A DNA stretch of 64,000 bases from Candidatus Levyibacteriota bacterium (GCA_016214555.1 JACROF010000016.1:633-64632); one strand, 5' to 3'; shown: positions 9,133 to 17,945, numbered from the stretch's first letter. A program made the numbers and translations. Notes: a model not told the origin generated them from the letters alone.

Positions 9133-9219
9133 GGAGAGGTCGCATAGTGGTCTAGTGCGGATGTCTTGAAAACATCTGAGGGTTCACGCCTTCCGCGAGT
9201 TCGAATCTCGCTCTCTCCG
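9133..9219 (+). tRNA. tRNA-Ser(TGA), long variable arm
   Basis: GGAGAGGTCGCATAGTGGTCTAGTGCGGATGTCTTGAAAACATCTGAGGGTTCACGCCTTCCGCGAGTTCGAATCTCGCTCTCTCCG. Confidence 0.8.
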
Positions 9220-9230
9220 CATATAGCGAG

Positions 9231-9860
9231 ATGAGAAGCAAGGTCCCCCGGAGGGGGAAATCTCGCTCTCTTTGCCAAATACCTTTACAAATCTTCTATT
9301 GGGTTGTCTTTCCTATAGTATTCTGCTATGATCCTACGCATTATTCGCTCTTTATCAAGGAGAAGAAATTCGTGGTTACCGATAAGCAGATCGCTGCTCT
9401 TAAGTATCTCATCTTTCATTCAAAGCAAGGAAAGCCTCTTTCCAAGCAAATTCTTGCCTTTCTTTTAGATGGGTCAAAGAATCTGACAAGAGAGGTATAT
9501 GTGACGCTGTGGCCGATAAGCGAATATACGCCCAAAGAGGTTCGAGATAGTGCCATAGGCATAGATGCTATGAAGAGCCCCAATGGCTCAACGCACCTAA
9601 ACGAAGTCATGGACGCAATGGGAACAGAGTTCGGCTTTGATATTCACTATGGGCATTTCCATGAGGGTGACTTTATCACGGCGGGACAATTTCCAGGATT
9701 GCCAAGTAGAGAGTGTCATCCCTTTGGTCTTCCGGCCCGATATACCTTTTGGTGCTCACCACATCGCTACTCTGACACTGCAGAGCCTCTTTTGGTGACG
9801 CGAGCAGAGCTTGAGGCAATTGACCTTAAAAAGCCAGGCCTCTACCCAACGCTTGAGTAG
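9231..9860 (+). CDS. hypothetical protein with His/Cys-rich C-terminal half (HYGHFHEGD, CHPFG, FWCSPHRY); the true start is probably internal, e.g. GTG at 9372 after AAGGAG
   Basis: the ORF begins inside the tRNA-flanking repeat region; an SD-like AAGGAG lies at 9351-9356. Confidence 0.45.
   Translation: MRSKVPRRGKSRSLCQIPLQIFYWVVFPIVFCYDPTHYSLFIKEKKFVVTDKQIAALKYLIFHSKQGKPLSKQILAFLLDGSKNLTREVYVTLWPISEYTPKEVRDSAIGIDAMKSPNGSTHLNEVMDAMGTEFGFDIHYGHFHEGDFITAGQFPGLPSRECHPFGLPARYTFWCSPHRYSDTAEPLLVTRAELEAIDLKKPGLYPTLE
9259..9271 (+). repeat. 13-nt direct repeat of the tRNA-Ser(TGA) 3' end (AATCTCGCTCTCT; other copy at 9204-9216); a CCCCC-gga-GGGGG hairpin lies between the copies
   Basis: seen in sequence. 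Confidence 0.55.
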
Positions 9861-9930
9861 TTTTTTTACGATCCTTGATTGAATAATACATACCCGTCTA
9901 GTAACGAAAGTGAACGACGGGTTTTTCATG

Positions 9931-9966
9931 CAAAAAAGCTCCGGTAAACGGAGCTTTTTTATTTTT
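9931..9966. terminator. bidirectional rho-independent terminator (AAAAAAGCTCCG-gtaaa-CGGAGCTTTTTT) between the 9231..9860 gene and the hsp20 gene
   Basis: 7-bp stem flanked by an A-run and a T-run. Confidence 0.75.
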
Positions 9967-9976
9967 ACCCTAAGAG

Positions 9977-10411
9977 TTAGGCAGTAGCTTTTGCTTTTTT
10001 AGCTACTTTGATTTTTTTAGGTTCTGCCTTTTGTACTTTTTTGAATATTAAGTGCAGAACGCCATTGTCTAGCTCTGCTTGGGGTTCCTCTTCTGCTTCG
10101 ACGCCTTGTGGGAGACGGAATGAGTAGTTGTAGGACTGAGCCATAGACGTCATAAAGTAACGCCTTTTATCTTTGTCCTCCTGCTTTTGTTCATGAGTAG
10201 CAGTAATTCTGACTACTCCCTCATCAATTGAGACATCGACTTTATCCTCAGGGATGCCAGGTAGCGCTGCCTCGGCTACGATTGCGTCCTCTGTTTCATA
10301 GAGATTAAGTCCCTGTCCTGCTAGGCGCGAGATGCCAGGGATTGTTGGAAGATCCCAGTCGTCCTCAAGCATTGATTGGATGTTCCATGGGTTCCATCTA
10401 ATGATTGCCAT
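9977..10411 (-). CDS. Hsp20/alpha-crystallin family small heat-shock protein
   Basis: NLYETEDAIVAEAALPGIPEDKVDVSIDEGVVRITA...GVLHLIFKK matches the alpha-crystallin domain pattern. Confidence 0.85.
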   Translation of the reverse strand: MAIIRWNPWNIQSMLEDDWDLPTIPGISRLAGQGLNLYETEDAIVAEAALPGIPEDKVDVSIDEGVVRITATHEQKQEDKDKRRYFMTSMAQSYNYSFRLPQGVEAEEEPQAELDNGVLHLIFKKVQKAEPKKIKVAKKAKATA

Positions 10412-10472
10412 TTTTTCTCACCTCCTCGTATTAGCACTTTTATATCACGAGTGCTAACATCTTGTCAAGTGG

Positions 10473-11183
10473 TTAGATTGTAAAAAGTGTGCCAATGAGG
10501 TAGGCAAGTAATGAGGCTATTGACCCAACAGCTACGATCTCCAGGATTGAGCGTAGCATAGTTTCTCTGGTAATTCTCCAGCGTAAAATTCCCAAAAGGA
10601 CGAGCGCAGAAAAGGTAGCAATAAGCGAGTTGGTAAATGCATATTGTGTTGATGAGGTAGAGAAAAAGGGAAGAAGCGGGATAGAGCCAAAAAAGATAAA
10701 TGATGCAAGCGTTGCAATGCCTGTGTAGATTGGATTTTCCCCAAGGGGATTTGCGAGCTCTAGCTCGTGGCTGAGCATGAATTGTGCCCAGTATTTTTTA
10801 TTTTTGCTATAGATCGATGCTAACTTTTCGGCTTCTTCTTTTGAAAAATCTTTTGTGAGTAGCAAATTGATTGTTTGTTCTTTTTTCTTTTCTGGATCTG
10901 ATGAGATTTCTTGAAGCTTTCTTTTTTGCTCTGTTTTATACATATCTTGCTCGGAGCGCAGGGAAAGAAAATTTCCAAGCCCCATAGATGCACCATCAGC
11001 AAATAGATTTGCAAATCCGAAAAGAAAAACTGTAAGAAAAGAATACTGAGGGATATTGTTACCAAGACTTGCTCCAGTAAATCCTGCAACAACTGCAAAT
11101 GTGGTAACAATACCGTCATTACCACCATAAACAATTTCTTTAAGATAGGTTTGAAGCGGAGAAATTTTTGACTTTGAGTCCAT
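10473..11183 (-). CDS. VIT1/CCC1 family (DUF125) iron/manganese transporter-like membrane protein; start set at MDSKSK
   Basis: [19 protein letters not shown] motif; the upstream part of the track ORF overlaps a tRNA-derived repeat. Confidence 0.7.
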   Translation of the reverse strand: MDSKSKISPLQTYLKEIVYGGNDGIVTTFAVVAGFTGASLGNNIPQYSFLTVFLFGFANLFADGASMGLGNFLSLRSEQDMYKTEQKRKLQEISSDPEKKKEQTINLLLTKDFSKEEAEKLASIYSKNKKYWAQFMLSHELELANPLGENPIYTGIATLASFIFFGSIPLLPFFSTSSTQYAFTNSLIATFSALVLLGILRWRITRETMLRSILEIVAVGSIASLLAYLIGTLFTI

Positions 11184-11203
11184 AGAAAGATTATACAGGA
11201 AAA

Positions 11204-11223
11204 TGCGGAGGAGACAGGATTTG
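11204..11223 (-). repeat. 20-nt direct repeat of the tRNA-Ser(GCT) 3' end (other copy 11318-11337), 95 nt downstream of the tRNA
   Basis: TGCGGAGGAGACAGGATTTG occurs twice. Confidence 0.65.
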
Positions 11224-11319
11224 GTCACAAGTTCTCGCTCACGCGATCCTCGCAACCCCGCCTCCTTCAGGTTCGCAGGCTCACCATCAGTCCGGCATTC
11301 AAATCCAGTCAGGCAAGTG

Positions 11320-11410
11320 CGGAGGAGACAGGATTTGAACCTGCGCGAGCCCTTTTAGAGGCTCAGAGGCTTAGCATGCCCCCGCAATGGACCAACTATG
11401 CGACTCCTCC
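11320..11410 (-). tRNA. tRNA-Ser(GCT), long variable arm
   Basis: reverse complement GGAGGAGTCGCATAGTTGGTCCATTGCGGGGGCATGCTAAGCCTCTGAGCCTCTAAAAGGGCTCGCGCAGGTTCAAATCCTGTCTCCTCCG. Confidence 0.75.
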
Positions 11411-11493
11411 TATTCAAAATGCTTAGCATTTTGATCCATCAAAGATAAGAAAAACATTATAGCATTTGTAAGAAGATTTGTTACACTGAGTCT

Positions 11494-12183
11494 GTGGATC
11501 TGCGAGATATCATCTTTCCTAAGAAATGTGTTCAGTGTAAATCGTTTGGATCGTATATCTGCGCTAAATGCTTTGTTAAATTAGCATTCATTTCAGGAGG
11601 ACTATGTGGCATGTGTGGCAAAGCATCACTTAACGGGTTGACCCATCCTGGGTGTTTAAAAAGATCTGGGATTGATGGCATTTTCCCAAGTCTTGTTTAT
11701 AACAACTTTTGTAAAAAGCTTATTTATCAATATAAATTCAGACCATTTTTATCAGATCTGAGAGAGGTCTTAGGAGATCTATTTTATGAAGGACTTCTTG
11801 CGCATGAGGAGCTTTATCGGTCGTACACAAAGGATAGTATTTTTGTTCCCATCCCTCTTCATACAAGTAAAAAGATTCAGAGAGGATATAACCAGGTTGA
11901 GCTATTAAGCAAAGAATTATCAAAGCGATTTGGAAATCCTACGCTCCCTATGCTCAAAAGAGTTAAAAATACGTTGCCACAATTTGGCCTTGATAAAAGA
12001 AAGAGACTTGAAAATATGAAAGATGCATTTATTTTTCGTGGTATGAAAAGTGATTTCGGGAAGACAATTTTTTTAATTGATGATGTTGTGACTAGTGGGG
12101 CGACATTTGTCTCAGCAACTGAGACATTGAAGAAAGTTGGTTATAAAAAGGTATATGGGCTGGCACTCGCGCATGGAGAATAA
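11494..12183 (+). CDS. comFC: ComF family protein (double zinc ribbon plus phosphoribosyltransferase domain; ComFC/GntX-like), GTG start
   Basis: CVQCKSFGSYICAKC...CGMCG zinc ribbons; PRTase motif IFLIDDVVTSGATF. Confidence 0.8.
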   Translation: MDLRDIIFPKKCVQCKSFGSYICAKCFVKLAFISGGLCGMCGKASLNGLTHPGCLKRSGIDGIFPSLVYNNFCKKLIYQYKFRPFLSDLREVLGDLFYEGLLAHEELYRSYTKDSIFVPIPLHTSKKIQRGYNQVELLSKELSKRFGNPTLPMLKRVKNTLPQFGLDKRKRLENMKDAFIFRGMKSDFGKTIFLIDDVVTSGATFVSATETLKKVGYKKVYGLALAHGE

Positions 12184-12218
12184 AATCCCCAGGATGCATA
12201 AAGCCCCTGGGGACAAGC

Positions 12219-12560
12219 TCAGGCTGCGTTACTGTACGCAGTATTGTTCATAACCTCCATAATGTCGTAGTCATTGAAGGTGTTTTGTCGGAAACGGATG
12301 CGCAGGATTTGTCCTTCAGTAATATTTAGTGCAGGAAAAAGCCTGATGCCTCCTCGTATGTTACAAGCAACACTCAGAAGCGTTCGCATTTGATAGTTTC
12401 CATACTCAAGCCCTGTGAATCGTCTTAGCAATGAGTAGCCATCAGGATGGTAAGTCGAAGCTACATCCGCGCTGATAATGACCTCGTTGACTTCTAAGAT
12501 TAGCCCATCTTTGGTTGTCGTTTTTCGGTTTGCGCTCACCGAGATTTGAGCACCTTCCAT
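12219..12560 (-). CDS. hypothetical protein (start set at MEGAQIS)
   Basis: ORF only; no recognisable motif. Confidence 0.4.
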   Translation of the reverse strand: MEGAQISVSANRKTTTKDGLILEVNEVIISADVASTYHPDGYSLLRRFTGLEYGNYQMRTLLSVACNIRGGIRLFPALNITEGQILRIRFRQNTFNDYDIMEVMNNTAYSNAA

Positions 12561-12695
12561 GTTGCGCCTTTCTTTTTTGACTGATAGTGATAAAGAGCGA
12601 CTGTCGCACAAAGTCGTGCGAGATTAAGGAATTATAGTTAGCGTAGAGGTTAAAGTCAAACGTTATAGGATGGTATTTAAGAATTTTTTCCAAAG

Positions 12696-12721
12696 AAAAA
12701 CCCCGCCGGATTACGGCGGGG
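12696..12721 (-). terminator. rho-independent terminator for the 12738..13352 gene (CCCCGCCG-uaauc-CGGCGGGG then U-run on the minus strand)
   Basis: 8-bp GC stem 12701-12708/12714-12721 with adjacent A-run on the plus strand. Confidence 0.7.
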
Positions 12722-12737
12722 ATAGAAAAAGTATTTG

Positions 12738-13352
12738 TTAGGAAGTAGAGGGCTGAGGTGATTCCTCTGCCTCATTGGCCTCAGATGGTTCGACGATGAG
12801 AGTTGGGCAAGCCCATCCCCAAAATCGCGATGCAGAAATACTAGCAATGCCTCTGGTTTTTTTAATCACAGGCACATTCCATCCCTTGAGAAAGAGATAG
12901 ACAAATGCACCAAGTGCTAAGAGGCATGCGATTCCAATTCCGACAAGCTTGACCGTGTAGAGATTGTCGGCGATCCATAGTCCGCCAAGGAATACAAATC
13001 CCGCGGTGAAGAGTACGCAAACAGCCTCAAAAGGAGTAACGTGCATTTTTTTGCCATTACTCCATCGTTTGTGGGGGTAGAAAAGTTCACTGCCAGGCTT
13101 ATCTTCTCCGCCTCTGAATTTTGGACGGTATCCTAAAAAGGCGCCAATTGCCCAGATGACTACCATTAGTATGGAAAGGAAGCCTATTGCTAGAAATGAC
13201 GTGGGAAGGTAAAACCAATAATACGTACAGGCTTTCTTTTTGACCCAGCTTTCAGCTTTTCTTCCCCAAACCATAGAAAAAGCTTGGTAGTGCCATCTGT
13301 CCTCTCTGACATGGCTGAGACGTTTTTTGAGACGAGATACAGGATTAAACAT
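12738..13352 (-). CDS. membrane protein (about 4 TM), hypothetical
   Basis: ORF with hydrophobic segments. Confidence 0.55.
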   Translation of the reverse strand: MFNPVSRLKKRLSHVREDRWHYQAFSMVWGRKAESWVKKKACTYYWFYLPTSFLAIGFLSILMVVIWAIGAFLGYRPKFRGGEDKPGSELFYPHKRWSNGKKMHVTPFEAVCVLFTAGFVFLGGLWIADNLYTVKLVGIGIACLLALGAFVYLFLKGWNVPVIKKTRGIASISASRFWGWACPTLIVEPSEANEAEESPQPSTS

Positions 13353-13423
13353 CTGTATATACTCCTTTGTCTAGATAGCAACGTCACAGGTTAATCGTTT
13401 TGCTGGATGCATACCCTTCAGGG

Positions 13424-13843
13424 CTAAGAAAAGGTGTATGTGATCGTAACTTTTTGCACGAGATCATCTGGCCATCCCTTCAGGAACTCCTCGTACGTAT
13501 CAAGAAGTTTTTGTATCCAATCAGGTACTGTCTCTGGCACTTTTGCTGTGCGAATAGAGACAACGGTATGACCTTTATTTCCCTCGCTAGCCTTGAAGGA
13601 AGGAGTGGGGGCATATCCTTTATGGAGTGCGCGTCCCCATGTGTACTCCCCAGTACTGGAATTGCCTGACTCAAGATGTATTTCCAGCATCTCTTTAGCA
13701 TGGTATAGAAATTTTGCAAAACTTGGAACGTCGCATTCGGTTGTCACTTGTAGCTGTGCCACAGATGCAATCCTCTCTTTGTAAATGTACAAAACAGCGC
13801 GTGCTGTAGGGGAGAGTATAACAAAGATTGTAATGAGAATCAA
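13424..13843 (-). CDS. hypothetical protein with N-terminal hydrophobic segment
   Basis: ORF; the stop of the upstream GIY-YIG gene abuts it. Confidence 0.5.
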   Translation of the reverse strand: MILITIFVILSPTARAVLYIYKERIASVAQLQVTTECDVPSFAKFLYHAKEMLEIHLESGNSSTGEYTWGRALHKGYAPTPSFKASEGNKGHTVVSIRTAKVPETVPDWIQKLLDTYEEFLKGWPDDLVQKVTITYTFS

Positions 13844-13845
13844 GG

Positions 13846-14160
13846 CTATAGGACTAAATAAGGTGTTTGTTGCGGAAGGGCACCTAGAGTTCGTGAGAGG
13901 ATGGATTTTAACTGCCTTCTCCCATAACCGCTTTTAAGAAATTCTTCTCGAGCCTTAGCGTCATCTTCATTTATAAAATATTCGTAATGGATGAGCTTAA
14001 CTGGGAGGCGGGCATGCGTTGCGGGAACATTACCTTGAATGTGAGTTTTTATTCTAGTTTTGAGATTGCTCGTGAAGCCGATATAAAGACCCTTGTCTTT
14101 GAGACTATGAAGAATATAGACATAGAAATGTCTTTTTGAAACGTCTGACGTTTCAGTCAT
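13846..14160 (-). CDS. GIY-YIG nuclease family small protein (second copy)
   Basis: FYVYILHSLKDKGLYIGFTSNLKTRIKTH...; about 100 nt 3' of the tmRNA. Confidence 0.8.
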   Translation of the reverse strand: MTETSDVSKRHFYVYILHSLKDKGLYIGFTSNLKTRIKTHIQGNVPATHARLPVKLIHYEYFINEDDAKAREEFLKSGYGRRQLKSILSRTLGALPQQTPYLVL

Positions 14161-14259
14161 ATGATGTTTTTTGGTGTCGCGTCAAACGCGATCACCGCGT
14201 CAATTATAACAAAAAACGCGACCTCCTCTTCTTGCGAAGAGCGAAGCCGCGTTTGACGC

Positions 14260-14672
14260 GGTGGAGATGTCCGGGTGTGATCCGGAGTCCGAAAAAGTGT
14301 CTTACTAACATCTACAAGCGTAGTTGATTATTTTTGTGTCGCTTTCCCGTGGCCAGTCAACAGGTATAAGAAAGTCTACGTTTTAAAAATCTGGTATCAC
14401 ACAAAACGAGATGTGATCCTTGACCCAACTGTTTTATGCTCATAATGTCCCGTTGGGAAAGACATCATAAACATTCCTTAGTGCTTAAGCTAGTGCGTAA
14501 GCGGGTCGGAAACCTCCAAGGTTAGAGAGTTCTGCCAAAATGGCGTCACGCTCTGCCTTCAAGGCTGAAATGCTGTTTTTAGCATTTATTTTTGATCTTC
14601 TTTTTACGACTTAAAGATCAGCGTCGGCTTGCAGTTATTAAGGTACTATATCCGTCGAATCAAATCATCCCC
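14260..14672 (-). ncRNA. ssrA: tmRNA (ssrA), ~413 nt; tag reading frame ends ...GGFRPAYALA-UAA
   Basis: 5' end GGGGAUGAUUUGAUUCGACGG resembles E. coli GGGGCUGAUUCUGGAUUCGACGG; 3' end GGACUCCGGAUCACACCCGGACAUCUCCACC resembles GGACGCGGGUUCAACUCCCGCCAGCUCCACCA; lies in an ORF-free gap directly downstream of smpB. Confidence 0.8.
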
Positions 14673-14750
14673 TTTTACCCGCCGTAGCCTCAGCGAAGGA
14701 TGGCTACCTCTTAGGTAAAAGTGAATATCGATTCAACTGTAAAGGATCTT

Positions 14751-15188
14751 CTAGCGTACCTTGAGGAGGGAAGTCATTTCTCTATTAAGGTCACGCTTTT
14801 TTTTCTGCTCTCGCTTGTCAAACTGCTTTCTTGGCTTTCCCAAGGCTAATTCGACCTTAATAAGATTATGCGTAGTATACAGGCAAATAGGCACGATTGT
14901 CAAGTTTGTACCGTCTGTTTTGTGCTTAAGGGATAGTATTTCTTTCTTGTGAAGGAGTAATTTTCTTGTTCGACTTTGATCGTAGTCCTGAGTTCTGGCA
15001 AATTCATACGGAAAGATTTTCGCATTAATAAGATAAGCCTCACTTCCCACAATCCTTGCATGACTTCCTGTGAGGTCTGCATGACCCTCGCGCACAGCCT
15101 TGACTTCCTGGCCTTGCAGGTTAATTCCAGCCTCAAATGTCTCCATAATGAGGTAGTCGTAGTGAGCTCTTTTGTTGAGGATTTTCAT
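14751..15188 (-). CDS. smpB: SsrA-binding protein SmpB
   Basis: ...YDQSRTRKLLLHKKEI... SmpB signature (TRTRKLLL). Confidence 0.9.
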   Translation of the reverse strand: MKILNKRAHYDYLIMETFEAGINLQGQEVKAVREGHADLTGSHARIVGSEAYLINAKIFPYEFARTQDYDQSRTRKLLLHKKEILSLKHKTDGTNLTIVPICLYTTHNLIKVELALGKPRKQFDKREQKKKRDLNREMTSLLKVR

Positions 15189-15371
15189 GACCTAATGATA
15201 GTAAATATATTTATGAAAGTAAATGAGACTGGAGAATATCCTATAATATTGATTTATTTATCTGGATATGGTAGAATTACTTGCTTTGCCGCTCGTAACG
15301 GCAGCCTTTCTATCTCACTTCCTACATGGTGTAGGAGTGTGGTGGTAGAGAGTGCTCCGAGGAGGAGTAAG

Positions 15372-15845
15372 ATGCTCAGTAACCTTCCGCGCGAAGTTGC
15401 TCGTGAGATCCAGATCAGCGGGCAAACAAACTTTGCGGCTAACAGGTGGAGAGAAGCAATTCTCTATTACCTGTTTGGCGTGTGGGGCGATAAGTCTGAG
15501 GTGATGTACCGGCCGAAGATCCACCTTGGTCCAATCACCCTCAGGCTCAACCCTAGTGCGGAAACGTACTACGCCCATGCAGTCCCACTGTTGCCCGAAG
15601 ACGAGCTGAATCTGAGTCTCTTCAGCAGTGAGGAGATGATATCAGTTGGTCCAAGGCAGACAGAGGTGGAGACGGGTTTGATTCGGTTCGTTAAAAACGG
15701 ACGGATTAAACTCATTACAATCCACCTTGACAACGGTGGGTTGCTTCGTCTCTGGAAGGGAAACAGGCGTGGAGATCTCTTTCTTCAGTCTTGGGGGGTT
15801 CCGTCAATGATGGAGCTTGTCAGATCGGGAGATAGCTCCGCGTGA
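15372..15845 (+). CDS. hypothetical protein in a GC-rich (~52%) segment; strong SD GGAGGAG; alternative upstream ATGs at 15195 and 15213
   Basis: local GC well above flanks; the track ORF's N-terminus overlaps smpB antisense and is discounted. Confidence 0.5.
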   Translation: MLSNLPREVAREIQISGQTNFAANRWREAILYYLFGVWGDKSEVMYRPKIHLGPITLRLNPSAETYYAHAVPLLPEDELNLSLFSSEEMISVGPRQTEVETGLIRFVKNGRIKLITIHLDNGGLLRLWKGNRRGDLFLQSWGVPSMMELVRSGDSSA

Positions 15846-15883
15846 TAGGTTCTAGACGCCACCTCCAAGTGCGTCTTCCTAGC

Positions 15884-15911
15884 GCCGCCGGCTTAAAACC
15901 GGCGGCTTTTT
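15884..15911 (+). terminator. rho-independent terminator (GCCGCCGG-cttaaaa-CCGGCGGC-TTTTT)
   Basis: 8-bp GC stem plus T-run immediately after the 15372..15845 gene. Confidence 0.8.
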
Positions 15912-15917
15912 CATACC

Positions 15918-17708
15918 CTAAAAGGTTAGCTGGTAGACTTTATCTCCTGAGAGAACAAAAGCACTCTTTTCATCATTTGATACGGTAAGGATGGTTGCAT
16001 TTTTGAGAATAGGAGCTTGGTATTCTGTTTGAAATGCGCCATCTGAGCTTAGCTTGACAATCCTTGAGGTAGCAGTATCCAGGATGTAGATATTGCTTAC
16101 ATCAGGAGAAGCAAAAAGATAGGTTGGTTTTGAAAATTGGTCTTTAAGACCTGAGATTTCAAAATCTGTTTTTATTCCTTTTGCATATTTCTCAATTGTT
16201 CCGTTGGAAAAAAGAATATAGACTGAGCTATCAATACCCAAGGATACAGCGCTACTAAGATTTGGCTTATCCTCTTTGAAATATGTTGAAAGTGCATAGC
16301 TATCGCTCGTTGGGACAAATTTTAAAAAGCCTTTACTCGTATCAAGGACATATATGTTTCCTCCGAAGACTCCCAGTCCCACCGGTTTTGTCCAATCTTC
16401 ATCATTGGTAATAATAGTCTCTTTCTTACTGGTGGATTTTGGTATTTTTGCAACAACTGTTTTAGTAAGGGTATACCAATTGTCCTCATCCTCAGCAACC
16501 GCGATAACACCCGATGATTTTTTGAGAGCAAGAAGTGGCGCATCGTCGTCTGGGACTTCAGCTGTTGATATCTTGCTTACTCCTTCGGTTTCTTGGAGTC
16601 TCTCGTTTATTTTTTGGGAGAGTTCATCAATTTTTATAGCCTCATCAGATCCTGGTTTGAATTTGCCATCAGCTTTTGCAAGTGTCTCCTTTGCCTTTTC
16701 ATAGTCATCGTGTGCGAGTGATTTATTGAGGCTTAAAAGTCCTTCAGCCTCGTCGTAATCTTTTTTAGCTGATGTGTAGATCTCATTAAAAAGGGCCTTG
16801 GTTTTTTGTGATTCTTTAGTTGAAAGGACAAGAACACTTGCGACGATTAAAACTCCGATAAGAAGAACCGCAATCCCAAGAGTCATTTTTCGACGAGCTG
16901 ATAACTGAATTTTTGGAAAAGTAATTGTTGGAAGTTTAAATGTCGACCCTTTTTTATTTTCTTGTTCCTCTGGGCCAAGAGGGGCTTCATGTTGGAAAGT
17001 TTTTTCTTGGTGGGAAGTAGCCTCAGGCGTAAAGGACTCAGTCTCCATTTTTTCATCAGGAGGCTCTTGTGTCTCTGGTAGGATTTGTTCATCTAGTGCA
17101 GGTTTCACAACCCCTTTAAATGAGATGATGATGGCTGAGGCTCCACCGTTTGACTCTCCGTGAATATGGGGAGAGATTGTTTCGGCTATATCGCTTGGCA
17201 GAGTAAATTCGAAAGCCTCAGTAATGGTTTTTGAGGGAACGCTTTGGAGAAATTGTGTTGTTTGAAGAAGAACAAGATCATCTGATGATAAATATCCTGA
17301 TGCGCTTGAGATGGTGCGATCATCTTTTGGATCTTCGTGAAGAATAGTGCCGATTTTCTCGCCTCTTTTGAGAGTGATTCGACCTCCTCCAAGAATAAAT
17401 CCATAGAGCGTATCCTCTTTGATATAGGCAAGAGATAGCGAGAGCAAGACTTTTTCATTAAGTTGATGGGTGGACTGGGAAAGCGCTTGCTTTATGGTTT
17501 CGAAAGATTTTTCCTCGAGTGCGAAAAATTCAGCTTCAATATTATTTAGAATTTCTTTTCCAAACGCAGGAAGTTCTTCTTGGAGCGCTTCGTCTTCTGT
17601 TAAAAGAGAGAGGACAATAAAGAGGCTCCCTGCGTTATATGCCTGAGACCATGTTGAAGCAGTTGGAGTTGCGACAATTTTTGCAAAACTAAGATTTGTT
17701 CCTGACAT
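15918..17708 (-). CDS. membrane-anchored protein: N-terminal cytoplasmic domain, one TM helix, C-terminal beta-propeller-like repeats (NIYVLDTSKG / NIYILDTATSRIVKL)
   Basis: ORF; TM LGIAVLLIGVLIVASVLVL; repeat pattern in the C-terminal half. Confidence 0.55.
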   Translation of the reverse strand: MSGTNLSFAKIVATPTASTWSQAYNAGSLFIVLSLLTEDEALQEELPAFGKEILNNIEAEFFALEEKSFETIKQALSQSTHQLNEKVLLSLSLAYIKEDTLYGFILGGGRITLKRGEKIGTILHEDPKDDRTISSASGYLSSDDLVLLQTTQFLQSVPSKTITEAFEFTLPSDIAETISPHIHGESNGGASAIIISFKGVVKPALDEQILPETQEPPDEKMETESFTPEATSHQEKTFQHEAPLGPEEQENKKGSTFKLPTITFPKIQLSARRKMTLGIAVLLIGVLIVASVLVLSTKESQKTKALFNEIYTSAKKDYDEAEGLLSLNKSLAHDDYEKAKETLAKADGKFKPGSDEAIKIDELSQKINERLQETEGVSKISTAEVPDDDAPLLALKKSSGVIAVAEDEDNWYTLTKTVVAKIPKSTSKKETIITNDEDWTKPVGLGVFGGNIYVLDTSKGFLKFVPTSDSYALSTYFKEDKPNLSSAVSLGIDSSVYILFSNGTIEKYAKGIKTDFEISGLKDQFSKPTYLFASPDVSNIYILDTATSRIVKLSSDGAFQTEYQAPILKNATILTVSNDEKSAFVLSGDKVYQLTF

Positions 17709-17711
17709 TGT

Positions 17712-17945
17712 TTATAGTATAACAATTGCTAGTAAAAAAAGAAAAATCGTTGCGAGAATGTAGATAAATCCTATACTTTGAACAAAAGGGGACCCAAGAG
17801 TTTTTTGAATAACAACTACTCTGTTGAGAGAGCGTATGTTGTTGAAGATAAGAATAGCAAAAATAAGATAGAGACCAAGAAAAATAAGAATAATAGCTTT
17901 GACAATAAGGAAAAAGTCGAATTGTTCAAATATCGTAAAATCCAT
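17712..17945 (-). CDS. small two-TM membrane protein
   Basis: ORF, hydrophobic. Confidence 0.4.
   Translation of the reverse strand: MDFTIFEQFDFFLIVKAIILIFLGLYLIFAILIFNNIRSLNRVVVIQKTLGSPFVQSIGFIYILATIFLFLLAIVIL

Noticed and set aside
14215-14300. Possible stand-alone tRNA suggested by an acceptor/T-arm-like segment
   Set aside because: It is the 3' tRNA-like domain of the tmRNA, not a separate tRNA.
14976-15371. N-terminal ~130 aa of track ORF 14976..15845
   Set aside because: This part is antisense to smpB and AT-rich. A strong SD plus ATG at 15372 marks a far more plausible start, so the extension was discarded.
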